64,000 nt of DNA from Camelus dromedarius (Eukaryota), in NCBI RefSeq assembly GCF_036321535.1, contig NC_087437.1:70000001-70064000 (forward strand), written 5' to 3'. Shown here piece after piece: positions 39,743-53,169 of this stretch. A program made the translations under genes and the position numbers. The notes below the pieces were generated by a model. The model had not been told where the DNA came from and searched no databases. It saw only the letters and a list, made by a program, of their open reading frames with translations. Every line of letters starts with the position of its first letter. Position 1 is the first letter of the stretch.

Positions 39743-42661
39743 CTAGTGGCTCATTTCATCTGAGAGGTTGTCATGTTTTTCTTTTCACCTGGGAACAGAT
39801 GTGCTATTCCAATGAGAATCTTCAATTGTCCATAAACTACCTGTGGAAAACCCAGAGGCAGCCCTAGAACAAACTTTGTGACCTGAAATATACTAGGCTC
39901 ATAGTAATCTAGCAGCATGATTCCAAAACATTGTTTTAAAGCTCCATCACAAGCATGGAGCACACCTCACTTTAAGGAGAACTGCTCCTCCAGACACTTG
40001 CTATTTCTAGCTTAACCTGTGACTCATGCAAGTTCCATACAGCTGGTGCCATCACAGTGGAAAATGAACCCTCAGGAATACGTAGATCTGTAGTGTGTTC
40101 TCCTGTGTCAGTTTCAAATACTATGTAACAAGCTTGGAATTGGCAGCAGTCAAAATGCCTTCTTGTCATATCTATAGGCACAAAGTTCCATGTCATCATT
40201 ACTGAAGGTCTATATATCTAAATTTCATTTGTACAATTTCCACAAATTAGAAGTATGTATAATAGGGTTATGGCTTTAAAACCTTCATAATCAACATTGT
40301 ATTACATTAAATCTGAATGTTACCTGATTTAATTTAGAGAATATAAGGTCATTTAAAAAGTCTATCTGTTTAATTTATGTATCTACTTGGTCAAAGGACG
40401 AGAGTTAATGTATGGATATAAGCTTGTTTTAAGTCTACAGAGTTTAGATGACAAGTATAGTCAAATATTCAGCATAGAAAAAAAAGGCAGATGAAGAATG
40501 AGTCCCAGTAGATCAATGTTTAGTTAGAATGAGATTCACTAACTGAATAAAACTGATAAATTTAGTGAGAAAGTTAAATTCTTGGTTATTTGATGCCAAA
40601 CAGCAGTTTAGAATCAACTAGGTATTTGTTTAAGTTTTTCCTAGTACCTTGAAATTTTCATCTGTTAGTCCAAATAGTTGGCTTTTTTACTACAAATTAA
40701 CATTATAATAGCCATGGCTATTATATACACACATGGCTAGCCTTGTACGGAAGTGGTGTAAGCAAGACTGATGACTTCAGAACAACCATAACTTTGAGGC
40801 CAACATGAAGTCAGAGAAAACTGATGAGCAGGGTAGGTGTATGCATATGCTTGTCCTGCCTACTTCAGGGGACTCGTGTGCAGTTCTGCCCACCTAAGCT
40901 TCCAAGCCACATGTGACCTGTTGTGTTTTCAGCTGTAGTATTTCAATCTCAGGAAATTACATTAGATGAGATCCTATGGGGAACTCAGGAGTCTGAGGCC
41001 ATTTTGGCTGAAAGAATTGCAAACGTAGGTCCCAAATCATATTCTGAAAGGGACATGCTCCAGAGCCAATTGTCTATGACTCAGTCCATTTTATTAGGCA
41101 GAATTTCCCTTTCATCCTTAATTGATTAAATAGGAATCCAAACAGCTGTACCTTTCTTGGGACCAGAGAAAGTGCCATATATCTTTATACTCAATCTCTA
41201 CAGTCCCAGGAAATCACTTCATCTAATCATTGATTCCATTTACTCTCATTCAGCCTTTTTTTAAAATGCTGGTTAGAACAGCCAAACTAACTTTTTCAGT
41301 TGCTCTAAGAAGTATTTGCCATATTCCCCAACAAAAGAAATGAAAGATGTGATTTAGAAGCCAGTGAGTAGATCTTGAAGACTCAGGCAGTCATCACCAT
41401 TTTTTATTTATTATTTGTGAAATAGCAGCTACTTAGTGCAGGGATAGACTGAGAAAAAGGCATAGATCTTAGTCAAGAAACTAATGACCTATGTCAGACA
41501 GACAGAGCAATTTAGTCATAAAATACATCTGCAAAAAGGTAGATCTTAATACTCAGGTTGGAGTGGTGTTTTGAATCCTTTTCAGTTTGAGAGGGGTAGT
41601 GGAGGAAAAATTTTAGTGATGGACAATCAATGAGGCTGTTCACCAAGGAAGTGAGGAACTGAGTTTTCCAGAAGGAACAGAAACTCTTTTATGACTTTAT
41701 GCATTTATTTCATTTGCAGGAGTTATCACATCTTGCTCAATAATATGCTTATTATATCATATCTCCCTACACTGCTTGAGGGTGCACACAATATTGATTT
41801 TCTTAAACTCAGAGGCCAGTTCTTATTCTTATCAGAGTACATAGTATATGCTCAGCAAATGTTTGTTGAATGAATAAGTGAATTTAAGTTAATTCTTTCA
41901 AGGATAACATGTACTCTGGGAGATATAATAAGTTTTGAATATTTTTTTTTTTGAATGTGGTCAGAGGACAGGCTTGAACAAACGGATTTAGCCTATGGAG
42001 GAAAAGCTAGCAAACAGAACCCCAACAAGGCATAGGGTTAGAACATGCTATTCTATGTCTTAAAATGCAGTTTCTCTTGCCACATTTTGCAGATATCACA
42101 ATAAAAATCTAACTTGCTTTTCAGTGATTACAATGATACTGACTTTGAGATCTTTATAAAGCTTGGGGTTGGACATGAAACAGACACTAAAAAGCAAAAT
42201 AAGACAAAGTAAAAATAAACTTTTCTCTCTTCTCAGAGGTTCTCTATGCTAGCTATCCATGTAAAAATTGAGCTTAGATGCTAACTTGTCTAAATTGTAT
42301 GGTTGGCTCCTCTGTGATGTACTAACACAGCGAGATCCCCATGTGCTCACTGAATGTAAATGTTAGCCATACTTCATTTGTTTTCTGGGGTTAATTCACA
42401 AATTAGGCTCTAGAGGTATACTTGTTTGTACTTTTATTCTTATCCTCAGAATAGAAAAGAAAAAGTAAACAGCCTAAGGAATCCACAGCTTGATTGGTTA
42501 CAAAGACAAGGGCATAATAATGAGTTCGCCAAGGCCCTACTGGTGAGAAGCAAGGCAAAACTGGATTGATCTCACTGGGACTCTCGCTGATCAGCAAACG
42601 TGTGGGTAACTCAGTTTGTCTGTTTCCTGTTGTGCCATTTTTCAGAACTCTGGATTGAACC
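39743..42661 (-). pseudogene. Exons 42661-42541, 40171-40017 and 39840-39743 of the GREB1-like gene
   Basis: Phases 0>1, 1>0, 0>2. 40171-40017 is fully open (MTRRHFDCCQFQACYIVFETDTGEHTTDLRIPEGSFSTVMAPAVWNLHESQ; part of track ORF 39972..40199). 39840 has acceptor ttttccacag. Confidence 0.65.
41690..41880 (+). mobile_element. L2 3' end
   Basis: acatagtatatgctcagcaaatgtttgttgaatgaat. Confidence 0.7.
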
Positions 42662-43021
42662 CTAAATATGTCTTTTACCCTCCTTTCCAAATAATTTGGT
42701 GAATGACACAGGAAACTGAGTTGTGAAAGTCCACCTATATCTTCATAGTATGCAAAGGGAATTTTAACTTATTGGGATACAAAATTCAGGAGGATTCTGA
42801 TGAGAAATAACACTGTAACCATGGAAACACATATTCAATGAGTGGTCATGGGAGAAACGATATCACAATACCATTCAAAAGAGAAAAAAAACAGAGAGAA
42901 TTCCCTGCCAAATTTGATATACAGAAGGATTTTTCTCAACATAAAAGCACTGTAAAGTGCTCAGATAGGAGGATTTAGGTTTTTTTCCTGCCTCTCACAA
43001 CAAGTTGATACCTTTCTATCT

Positions 43022-43735
43022 CACATTCACTCAACAAATAGTTTTTGAATGCCAACTACATCCCAGGCACTGTTCTAGGTACTGCAAGAAACAAAGCAGA
43101 TCAAGTGGTGGATGCAAGGAAGAATACCACCAGGAAAGGAGACAGAGCATTATGATATTGCAAAAGGATGCTATTTATTAAGGGGTGACCAAGAAAGTCC
43201 ACTATGAAAAGGTGAAAATTAAGCTGACACTTGAAGGAAGTGAGGAAACAAAGTAAAGTCCTCATTCTGGCCAGAGAGAACAGTATGTGTAAAGACCCTA
43301 CAATGGGAATAGTTTTAGGATGCTGGAGCAAAAGCAAGGAGGCCTAGGATACTGGGATGGAGCAAAGGCAGATGAAAGAGTTGGGCGACAAGAGTGAAGT
43401 TGTGGGCTCAGGATCATGTAGGCACACATGGGCCAAAAAAGGGACTTGGGCTTTTACTTTGAGTGATAAAAGAATTGCTTGGAGTGCTTAACCAAAGGGG
43501 TAATATGATCTATCTGGAGTTTTAGAAGACTTACACTAGGTGCTATATGGACATTAAATTACAGTGGGGACCAGGTGAGAAGCAAGGAGACCAATTAAGG
43601 ATGCTGTATTACAATAATCTAAAAATCTAGATAGTAACTTGGGGCAGGATAGTAATAGTAAACAGAGTAGTAGTAGGAGTCCCAATATATTTTGAAGGCA
43701 GAACTGACAGGATTTGCTGATGAAATGAATGAAAA
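43022..43735 (-). mobile_element. L2 3' portion
   Basis: cattcactcaacaaatagtttttgaatgccaactac..ccaggcactgttctagg; ends gacaggatttgctgatg. Confidence 0.85.
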
Positions 43736-43942
43736 TGGCTAGCAAAGTGTATTGCTGGCAAATGAATGAATAAATAGATACTGAGCAAATTTAAAAAATC
43801 AGTCAAATCCAATTTGCTCATTTTTTTTCCAGAGAAAGTTGAAGCTTAGAGAAGTAAAATAAACAAACAAACAAAAAATCTACTTTTTTCATAACAATGA
43901 TAGCATTTCGCATTTTCATAGTAACCCTTTTCCATGGTGCTT

Positions 43943-44315
43943 ATGATGATCTTTTGATGTGTCCACTTGTCTAGACTACAGTCCTCAGTTATTCAATTAA
44001 CTGTGAAGGTATTTTGTAGATATGATTAAAGCCCATAATAAATTGACTTTAAATAAGGGCGATTATGCTAGATAATCCAGGTAGACCCGACTCTTATCAG
44101 CTGAAATGTCTCAAGAGCAAAGCTGAGACTTCCCTGATGAAGAAATTCTGACTGTGGACATTAGTTTCATACTGTGCCCAAGAGTTCATGGCCTGCCCTA
44201 TAGATTTCAGACTTGCCTAGCCAGCCTCCACAATCACATAAGCCAATTTCTTGCAATAAATCTCTTAATATAATCTCCCACTGGTCTGCTTCTCTGGTTG
44301 AAACCTGACTGATGG
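43943..44315 (+). mobile_element. MLT2D-like ERVL solo LTR
   Basis: tgatgatcttttgatgtgtccacttg...agccaatttcttgcaataaatctc...ctctggttgaaacctgactgat. Confidence 0.82.
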
Positions 44316-46078
44316 TGCTGAGTTAAATTCTTCCAGTATAAACTACCAAAGGGAAATGAGTTATGAGTCAGCCGTTAGAGATAACACCAACTCTTGCGCT
44401 CCACTCTACTGGTTTAGACAACTATAAAAAATAGAGTTGGGGAAAAAATCCAGCCATATTCATACAAGTAAGATGATTGATAACATGTTTATGCAATAAC
44501 AGAGTCATCAAGGGCTGAGAACAAAATTTTTAAAAGTACAGTAAGTCAACATTGGTTGTTTTTGAAAGAGTCATCTTAATAATAGAAGGCATAACTAGTA
44601 GTATAGACTGTATGAATTGTATCTTGTATCTTGCCTCCTCCCACCCCCAATACACGTTGCATAAAGAAAGTCAGTCAGGAGGTAGAAAAGAAAGGCCCAA
44701 ACAGCTACAAAGACCAATAGATACAATGGAGAGAGCACTGGATTGAGAGCCACAAAACCTGAGTAATCACTCTGGCTACTATTTTAGTGAGAGTACTTTG
44801 ATCACGAGGAAAAGGGTCCCATTCAGATGATATAAAGAAAGGGAAGTTTGCTGTAACATCCAGGATCTGGAGTGGAACTGGAAGCAGGAGAGAGGGGCAG
44901 TGTCAGGGAGCACCCCCTTCAAACCAGCTGCCTGTCCCATGGACTGTATGAATCTCTCTCTTGCTGGGCCTCTGCTCCGTGGCCCATCCATTTCAATCTC
45001 TTCTCCCAGCCACTTGCTAATTTGTTGCACTATTCTATGGATCTGAGTTTGAATTACTCACAGCCTCTGCTTTCAGTGCCCAGGTTCTATCTCATGGCTC
45101 ACTAGGTGGTTTCTTTCAGCTCTGCCTCCACTGCTAACTCTCATTCTTACATCTTCTAATTCTAATTCTAGAGAGAGAGAAGAGAGGCAATCTGGTTGCC
45201 CCAATATGCAGAAAGAGGGTTGTTAAAGGTTAAAAGTCATAATACAGATTATTGGTAACTCACTCTGATCAAAAAAGATGTGGTTGGGGTGAGGGAAGGA
45301 GGAATGTTCAAGGTGAAAACCAGGACCACAGGCTATTGTAATCTAACCTCTCTGAGGACTGGCAGCTTGACATCACCTCTTCTCTTGGTTCGGCAACTAA
45401 ACAAGATCTTTTCTTATTCCTGGCCCATCTTCCTCTCTGTCCTTGACAGCCACTTCTTTTTCCACCTACTCATATGTATCAGTGTTCCAAGGATTCTGTT
45501 GTAGTTCCTATGCTCCTTCTAGAGAGATTCTTGGGCAGACCTCTGTATAATCAAAAGAAGTCCTTGAAACCATATTGACACCAAGCATTGTCTGAAAAAA
45601 AATGTGTGCTAAGTTTCCCACATATATATTCTAATTGCTTCCAACATATGTTGGATTTCCTGTTGTCATTAAAACTTTAATGTTAAAAAGGAGTTCTCAT
45701 ATGTAAAAGGATTGATAATTGTATATCGTTCCATAGCAATCTCATCCTCATTCCCAGCTCTGTTACCATTTGCATGCCGGTGACTCCCAAATCTACATCC
45801 CATTTATTAAACACATATGTATAAAGAAAGAAAAATATGTCAGACATAGGACTATTCACTGGGGTTACTATAGTGATTAAGATATAATCTCTCTCTTAAG
45901 GAACTCATAGTCAAGTGGGCAAAAATGATTAGTAAATAGGCAATTATAGAGCATGATAAGCCCCAAATACAGAGGGCTAGGAGTGCTTGAGCCTTAAGGA
46001 ATTGATCATGGAGAATGTCTCAGAAGAAATGATAGCTAGTAGATACACCAAAACATTGATTAGCAGGAACTGGTAAGA

Positions 46079-46257
46079 TCAGTAGTTTTCAACTATCATT
46101 ATACATCAGAAACATCAAGGGGGCCTTTGAAAAATATAAATATTAAGGCTCTATCCCCAGAGATTCTTATTTCATTGTTCTGGGGGGTAGGTCCTTAGCA
46201 TTAATTTTTTAAGCAATTAAATAATTCTAATGGGGAGGAAGAATTGAAAGTCACTGG
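46079..46257. mobile_element. MER5-like hAT-Charlie MITE
   Basis: TIR-like ends cagtagttttcaa / ttgaaagtcactg; internal ccccagagattct. Confidence 0.75.
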
Positions 46258-46340
46258 CTTAGGTGGAGCTGACGAGGACAGGCAAGAACACCTCAAACAT
46301 TTACTGGGAAGTTCAAAAGCCTGAAAACAGGAAAAACACC

Positions 46341-49300
46341 TACTTTAAGTCCAGTTGCCTGGAAAACAGACTCCGGGCAGATATTTGCATGCAGCTTTTT
46401 TATTAGGGAGTGCTTTCCAGAACACCACCAATAAAAGAATGAGAGAAGAGGACTGGGTAAAAAGAGAAGTTGAAAGAGATCTGTGGGACCGCTAGAGCTC
46501 AGACCTAGGGGAAGTCTGAAGCTGGGATGTCCCTTTAGATCTGTCCACATCATGACAAGGCTGAACCTTTGTACTCCTGCATTATCAGGTGATTGAATTG
46601 CACTGCCCTTGGCAAAGGGTGTGGCCTTGAACAAGGCAGCTCCCTTCAACCAAGGACAATTTCAAGAGAATGCATCAGCTACAGACTATCAGCAGCCTAT
46701 AGGTTGACTGCGGTGGGATGAATATATTACTTCTGAAGTAAGTTAGAGGGGATCTAGGTGATATAACACAGCATCCAACACAGGCCAGCCCTTGCACCCC
46801 TTGGAGTCACATGATTCGTATAGTAAGTTCATCCCATCTGGACCCACATACAGAGCCAACTCATCAAGGAACCAGGAATGTCCTTTTCCTCCTGTGTCAG
46901 TTGGTTAAAAAGGGAGCCCCCATGTAGCTATAGGTTTGAGCTGAGGGAGAGGTGTCACTGTAACAGTGGTAGACAACATGGAGGTCTGTGCTACCTGCAA
47001 ATTACTTGTGCCTTGTGGCTCTGCTCATTTCCAATCCAATCAATATACTCTTTCCAACTTACAGTAGATTGATATTAGTTCAGCTTGACTTTATGACCTA
47101 GTGGGTCTAAAAGACACCAGCTCATGATGGGCAGTATTGGCTGCATGGCCAATTGACGCCCCATGATTTTCCTCTACCAGGTCCCAGGAGTATGGTAAGG
47201 GTTACTTTGAAATGATAGTTTGGTCTCTAGGTGTTTACTGCAGATAGCGTGCCTTGCTCTAAAATCTTAGGAGTCCACTGGAGCTGACCACAAACTTCAA
47301 ACACCCTTTCCCATCACAGATAACTACCATCAGCGCTTCAGGACCATATATGCCAGGGATGCTGCAGAGCCCCTTCTCCTCTGGGCCTTAATCAAAGCTA
47401 GTAGTCTTTTTGTGTCACTTGGTGAATGGGTTGAAACAATATTTCCAGGTGTTAAATATGCCATCCCAGAACCCAAAGAGGACTTAAAAGGGTTGTGCTT
47501 TTTTCTTAGGGGTGAAAGATACAAGATGTATTAATCTCTTCTTTTCTTCGGAAGGAATATCCTGGCATCTTTCAGATAACTAACTGTATTCCTAAAAATA
47601 TATATGTCATAGCCCTGCATTTTCATTAGATTTATCCCCCATTATTTGGATTGCATGTGTCTTACCAAGGCCTCCAATATACTTGCCATCTCTTTCTCAT
47701 GCAGTCCATGTAACGTGATGTAATTGATATGGTGGACTAATGATGTTCTGAAGAATAAAAGAACCTAGATTCTACTGTCCATTCCACATGAACACAAACT
47801 ATATCTGATTCTTATTCCTAAAAGGAATGGAAAAGATCCCATTTGCCATATCAATGGCTACACATTATGGATCTGAGTCTGTGTTTCTGGTCTGCAAAGA
47901 TACCACATTCAGCACAGCAGTTGCAATTGGGGTTATTAACTGATTGAATTTGCAGAAGCCCACCACCATCTGCAAAAATCTATCAGTTTTTAAAATTTTT
48001 TTTCTAGAAGTCAGGCAGGTGATTCAAATGGAGGATATGATGCTATCCATGAATCTAGTAGGTTGCTACAGATATGATAGTAATCTTGGACGGCCAGGGG
48101 AGGGGTGTATCAATCCAAAGGCCAGAGAACCGTAGAGCAGTTCTGACAAATACCAAGTGTGCCCTTTCCAATTTTACTTTTGGAAGTTAAGGAAATGATT
48201 ACATAGTGAGTCTATGGACCTGGTGAACTCACTGTGAAATGGAACCAGACAAGGCTTTTATTTATTAATTGGCTCCCAGGTGCTCCTACTCTGATACTAA
48301 ATTGTGCTTCAGGGCCCTGAATATCACTGTCCACTTAGGTCCTGTGTGTCACACTACTCAAAATGACTGGGTATTCCCATTTTTTCCAGGGCATGACTAT
48401 TCAAATAGGCATATCCACCTTGAGGAAGTACTGAGGGAATTATCATGTATACTTAATATGGGGTTGCAGGTCTCTTCCTCCTGAAGATCTTACTTCTCTT
48501 TCAAACAGTGGGATCTGGGGCGGAGAACTGGCCCAGGTTCCAGAAACTGAACAAGGGATTTTGACTTTTTGGAATAAGTTCCCTTATCTGTCTTTGATTC
48601 CTTTGATTACATATATCAAGCACACCCTTGTTGATGTGGGTACACTGTGTTCTATTAACCATCTCCTTGACCCTGTGTGGGTCGTATCTTCCTGGCTATT
48701 ACTCAGATTGACCATTTATTATGATCATTGTGACCACCTTGCTTTTGATAGGTAAGTGCTTATGTTGGCATCCTCTTCATTGCTATGGGGGTTCCCAATT
48801 CTATAACAGCACCTTCCATCACCAGCCCTAGCCTACAGAGGACAGTCACCAGTGAGCATCTCATTTATGTCAGGGCCCTTTTCACCAGTGCATTTTTAAT
48901 CACTATGGTAAATGGAGTCCTGTGGACTCGTAAGTGAAACATGGCTAGCCAATGGGATTTTCACTTTACATAGTACATCCACTCCAGCATGCCCTCTTGT
49001 CTGAACCTTTTGTTCTCTTCTTTCACCATGTGCCATGGAAGGTCTGGTATTTTCAGTTAGTGTGGGCTATAGCTTTTCCAAGTTTCTAAGAGCCATTCTA
49101 GCAGCATGTTAGCACTGTCTCCTGGGTCCTTGACAGTGTATTAAATCCTGGATCAATGGAGAATGTTCTCATATAAATAAATTCTCCCTTATCCAAATTT
49201 ATGTTTTGCCTTCATTCTCCTCCCATCCCACCTGGATCCAGGACCTCAGGATCAAGTCCCATATATTCTCTCCTGGCCCAGCTGATACACACCAGCCAGG

Positions 49301-50512
49301 TCCTATAGCTCTTTGGGTGTATAGTTCCTTTTTTCTGCTACTAGATGGCCCAAGCACTTCCCTAGTCAGTTATGTTGTGACTTGACCCTACTTATTGTTC
49401 TGGTGGCCAAGAGGGAAGGTGGAGATGTGGGGAGTGGGGAAGGCAAAGGAGGTCTAAGCATATATGTTATCGTGCGATCTTGCAAGCAAAAAAAAAGTGG
49501 TAACTTTTAGCAGAAGGAATAGGGCATCCTGTGCGTTCAGTGGAAACTAGAGATTCAAGATTTTCTAAGGCATCAACCCAAATAACCCTGTCCCAAGCCT
49601 CAGAGCCTCACTCCTTTTCAGTTAAGGCCCTGATCTTGGTGAAGCAGATTTGTCAGGTTAACTGATAAATCTTCTCTGGAATCTTGCTACACTTAAAATC
49701 ACATTCTGGGTTTGGCCCTCAGCCTTTCTGCCCTCAGGCCCTGTGGCTTACTCACTTTGCCCTAAATTTGAGATTACTCACTCTCAGTCCTTCATTGCCT
49801 TTCTCTAATCGCGTGATAGCACCCAGCCAAAGCCACCTGATTCCATGGTCTGTGTAATTACTGCTTTCCTAGAACCTCTCAACTGCCTGAGACAATGTAC
49901 CTGCAGTACATTCTCTTTCAGTTTCCACCCCAGTTTACCATCAATGAAAGATGTCACATTTGCATTGCTCCAGCATTACAGGAGTTATCCAAGTTCCATC
50001 TACCACCAGTAACAGGGTTCTCACTGCCAGCTAGTCAAAGGATAATATAGCTCCAAAATCCCATTTTAAAGCTGCTAGGACAACTCAGATACCAACTATT
50101 CTAGGTCAGATTTCCCAGGAAACAGACTGTGAAGCAGAGATTTGAATGCGGTTTTAAACAGAGCTCTTAGGAAGAAAAATATCTTTAAAAAGTAAGGGGA
50201 GAAGCTGAACAGCAATGCAGTTCCAACAGAGGACTCAGCCCATCCTATGGGAGAAGCTCTGAAATGGAATGGCATTCAGAGTTGTCCTACTTTGAGTCCT
50301 GGGCTTTATATACATCCAACGACCAGTCATGGATATAGGCTGTCTTGGAATGGGGTGCAACTTTGTGCATGGTACCTCCCTTTGGTGTAAGGCAATTCCT
50401 TCAGAAATTCTCAGCTATATGTAGGCAACAGCCAGCAATCCTGGCAGTTGTGGAAATATATGCGTTGATGCCAAAGGAGAGGTACATGTGAGGTACCACA
50501 GGATCTATCACA
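46341..50512 (-). mobile_element. ERVL provirus (LTR16A / ERV3-16A3-type) with both LTRs and deleted internal region
   Basis: Homologous LTRs at 46341-46782 and 50097-50512. PBS-like agttggtatc after the 5' LTR. RT remnants QMVVGFCKFNQLITPIATAVLNVV (~47900-47972) and AIDMANGIFSIP (~47822-47858) match ERVL MTVDYRKLNQVVTPIAAAVPDVV and AIDLANAFFSIP. Confidence 0.85.
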
Positions 50513-50990
50513 GCACGTGTTTTTGCCAAACTGCAAGTAGTTCAGCAGGGCTCAATTGTGGAATATGAGAAGGGGACGGGTATATGATAAGGCCAGGTGG
50601 ATAAGCACTTCCCTGATCTGGAAGTCTGTCTTGCAATGTCAACCTCCAAAGGGTAGCAATGCCCAACAGGTTTTTAGACATACAATTTGGAGCTCAAGAG
50701 AAATATCTTTAAGAGTGGATTATCTGATGTCTGAGACATAGAGTTAATGGTCATTAGGGGAAGTCAGTTCACCTGAGTTTTGAATCCTAGTTCCACTAAT
50801 ATTATTTCAAGTCCTCTGAACAAATGGGTGAGATGATTCATACAAAGCACTTAACTCGAACTCTCTGAAATGTTAAACCTTTATACAGCATACTAAACCA
50901 TCCAACTTTGTTTGCAAGTCAACCAAAGGATTAATCCTGAACTGACAAAACTTCTGTCTCTATTTATCCTTTAAAAATACCTATGAAATA

Positions 50991-51024
50991 AGAGAGAGAG
51001 TGTGTGTGTGTGTGTGTGTGTGTG
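50991..51024. repeat. (AG)n(TG)n compound microsatellite
   Basis: Direct observation. Confidence 0.9.
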
Positions 51025-52097
51025 GTGGAAGGGAGCTATTATTACATTATTTGTTTTCCATAGCTGTAAAAATTGAAGGCTAAACTGTTAAGCTCTTTGG
51101 TTGAAATCCCACAGAAGGATGAGTCAGGATAAACAATTTAGATCCTTAAACTCTTCGTGCTACTGGGCTCTGTAACCACCAAACTCATAAGCTATTGGGA
51201 AAAGGAAAGGACACTGATATATAATGCTAATTCTGTAACACATGAAAAGAACTTCAGGGTCATCTTTCTGAGATCATTGCTCAGGGGTTAGGCCCCAGGT
51301 GTTGAGAAGAGCAGACATTATAAGGTTTATTGAGAAGACTATGACAGGGATGCATTATCAGGTGACAGGGTGATGAGGTGGGTGATGGGATTGCACCTTG
51401 GCTCAGAGGTCAGCCTTAGGCTGAAGGAGGCCATGTGTCTGACTCTGTGGTAGGAGAGGGGTGGAGAATTTTCAATGACTTCTCTCTGGAGTGAAGAGAT
51501 GAGAGTTAATAAGCTTCCAGTCTTAGACAGCAGCCTCCCTCTCTTGCATCTAATCAGTTCGTTGAGTTTCCTGCCTGCTTATGGCCCCTTTCTATGTAAA
51601 TAACATTTCAAGAAGGGAAGATGGAGAAGCCGCTCTAGAAATCCCAGCTTTGTTAGTCATGTTGAAAACAAAGCTACAAATTACATCACAGATGGAAAAG
51701 AGTGAGTATCTACCTTGTGCTGTGAGGGGACGGGAAGAATTCATTGAAAAGAGATGGATTAGCTGGGGGGAGAAGGGGAAAGGGGGAGGAAGAGAGGTGT
51801 GACTGGCAGCAACTGGCAGCAATTATCAAACTGAAAGATTTATCTGTTATCTGAGAAGAGAAGAGGCAAGGTGAGAGCAGAGCCTGCTAAATATAAATGT
51901 CAGCTGCAAGCTGAACTATAGGGTAGTGAAAATAGTCCAAGATAAAAAAGAAAAAGAAAACGGTTACCAAACTCCCCTTTACTGCCATCAGATTTTTTTT
52001 TTTTAATTCTAATTTCTCTGTTTGGAGTTGAAGAGAAGAAATTGGTAAATAATATAAATCAGGGCTTCTCCTTCCCCCCACCCCCAACCCCAAGAGC

Positions 52098-52295
52098 CAG
52101 TAGTTAAACACTTAGGAGCATACCACTGATAAGAATCATCTGAAAAGTGTGTTGAATATTCATATTTGTGGGCCGATCCTCAAAGATTCTGGTCCAATAG
52201 GTCTGAAGTGGCATCCATGACTGAATTTTTAGCCAACTCCCCTAGTGATGCTGATGCAAGTGGTCCTAAGAATCAGACTACAAAAAGCATTACTA
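52098..52295. mobile_element. MER5A-like MITE
   Basis: agattctggtccaataggtctgaagtgg...cctagtgatgctgatgcaagtggtcc. Confidence 0.7.
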
Positions 52296-53169
52296 TTCTA
52301 CACAGTCCGTTCCCAACCCAACTTTAACCCAACACTCAGGGACATCTAGAGCAAATAAATATATGTTTGCTTGGCCAATCCAAATAAGAAACCAGAATAA
52401 GAATATTACTATTAGTGTAGACACTTCTCCTTTTCCCTGGGGAGTGGGGCTGGGAGTTCTTCTAAAAGGAATCTACGGAAGACCGTTCTTTCCAAAACAA
52501 AGTTAATTTCCTTCAAAGTTAATTCCCATTTCTTCCTAGAAGGCAGAGATTGCTGCTAACTTTTTAGTTTTTTTGTAACCTTCATAAAATATTAAAACTT
52601 AAATCTATATTCTATATCTATATCAGGTCCTAGCCCCAGACCACTTCCCTCATTTCCCAAAAGCACCTGGAATTTTCACATTCCTTAACAAAAGAGGTAA
52701 ACTATTTTCATCCCAAAATAATGGGAAATGGAAAAATAAACAGGATTGTTTCAGCAGGGATTATATGTTTTCATCATAATTTTTCTTTTTCAATTTGATT
52801 TATAACCACCCAGGAAAGCTCTTTCTTCTCTGATTTGATGAATAAAACTAACGTAGCATTAGTAGTTTTATAAGGAAACTTTGATTCAGAATTGGCCTCT
52901 TAATATCCTAGAGTTGTAAAAGTCAGGTAATAACAAATCAAAATACAAATATCTACTAGATTACATTATTGAGATTGCAATAGTTAGGCCCTAGAGAAGA
53001 TCTTAGAAAGTACCCATCTTTGTTCATCCAAGTCCTTTGAATTTGGGATAGGCATTGGAAAGCTCATGCTAAATTACCGATTTCATATTTGAAAATGCTC
53101 TAGTGTCCCCAACATTTGGAAGTAGAGGAAGCCTCTTGAATTCAAATCCCCTTCCAAATACTATACCAT

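Larger units (their letters stand above)
1741..42661 (-). pseudogene. Multi-exon divergent GREB1/GREB1L-family paralog with many in-frame stops (pseudogene or recoded gene)
   Basis: About 30 AG..GT-bounded segments join in phase. Motifs are collinear with recalled human GREB1: LRIPEGSFSTVM~LLRYDSSFEAMV, DWRPRAQLLL~EWRPQTYLEL, LHRSL~LPRSL, RNQTAGHDVFSRSA~RRQTARMRLSKYA, EDKWLLNYLH..MCLSINHFDKTQ*IVKSG~DDVDFNLRVH..LCRFNRFSVMKKQIVVGG, LCFIC~LCVIC, HPLFII~RPLFFL. Exon boundaries were picked by eye. Confidence 0.78.

Noticed and set aside
40923..41129. Plus-strand ORF with an acceptor-like ttttcag
   Set aside because: Isolated, no donor or partner exons, no recognisable homology.
1741..42661. Argument that all stops are C>T derivatives of CGA/CAA/CAG
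   Set aside because: True of any stop codon, so not evidence. Only the TGA excess and the aligned Arg/Gln/Lys positions were used.
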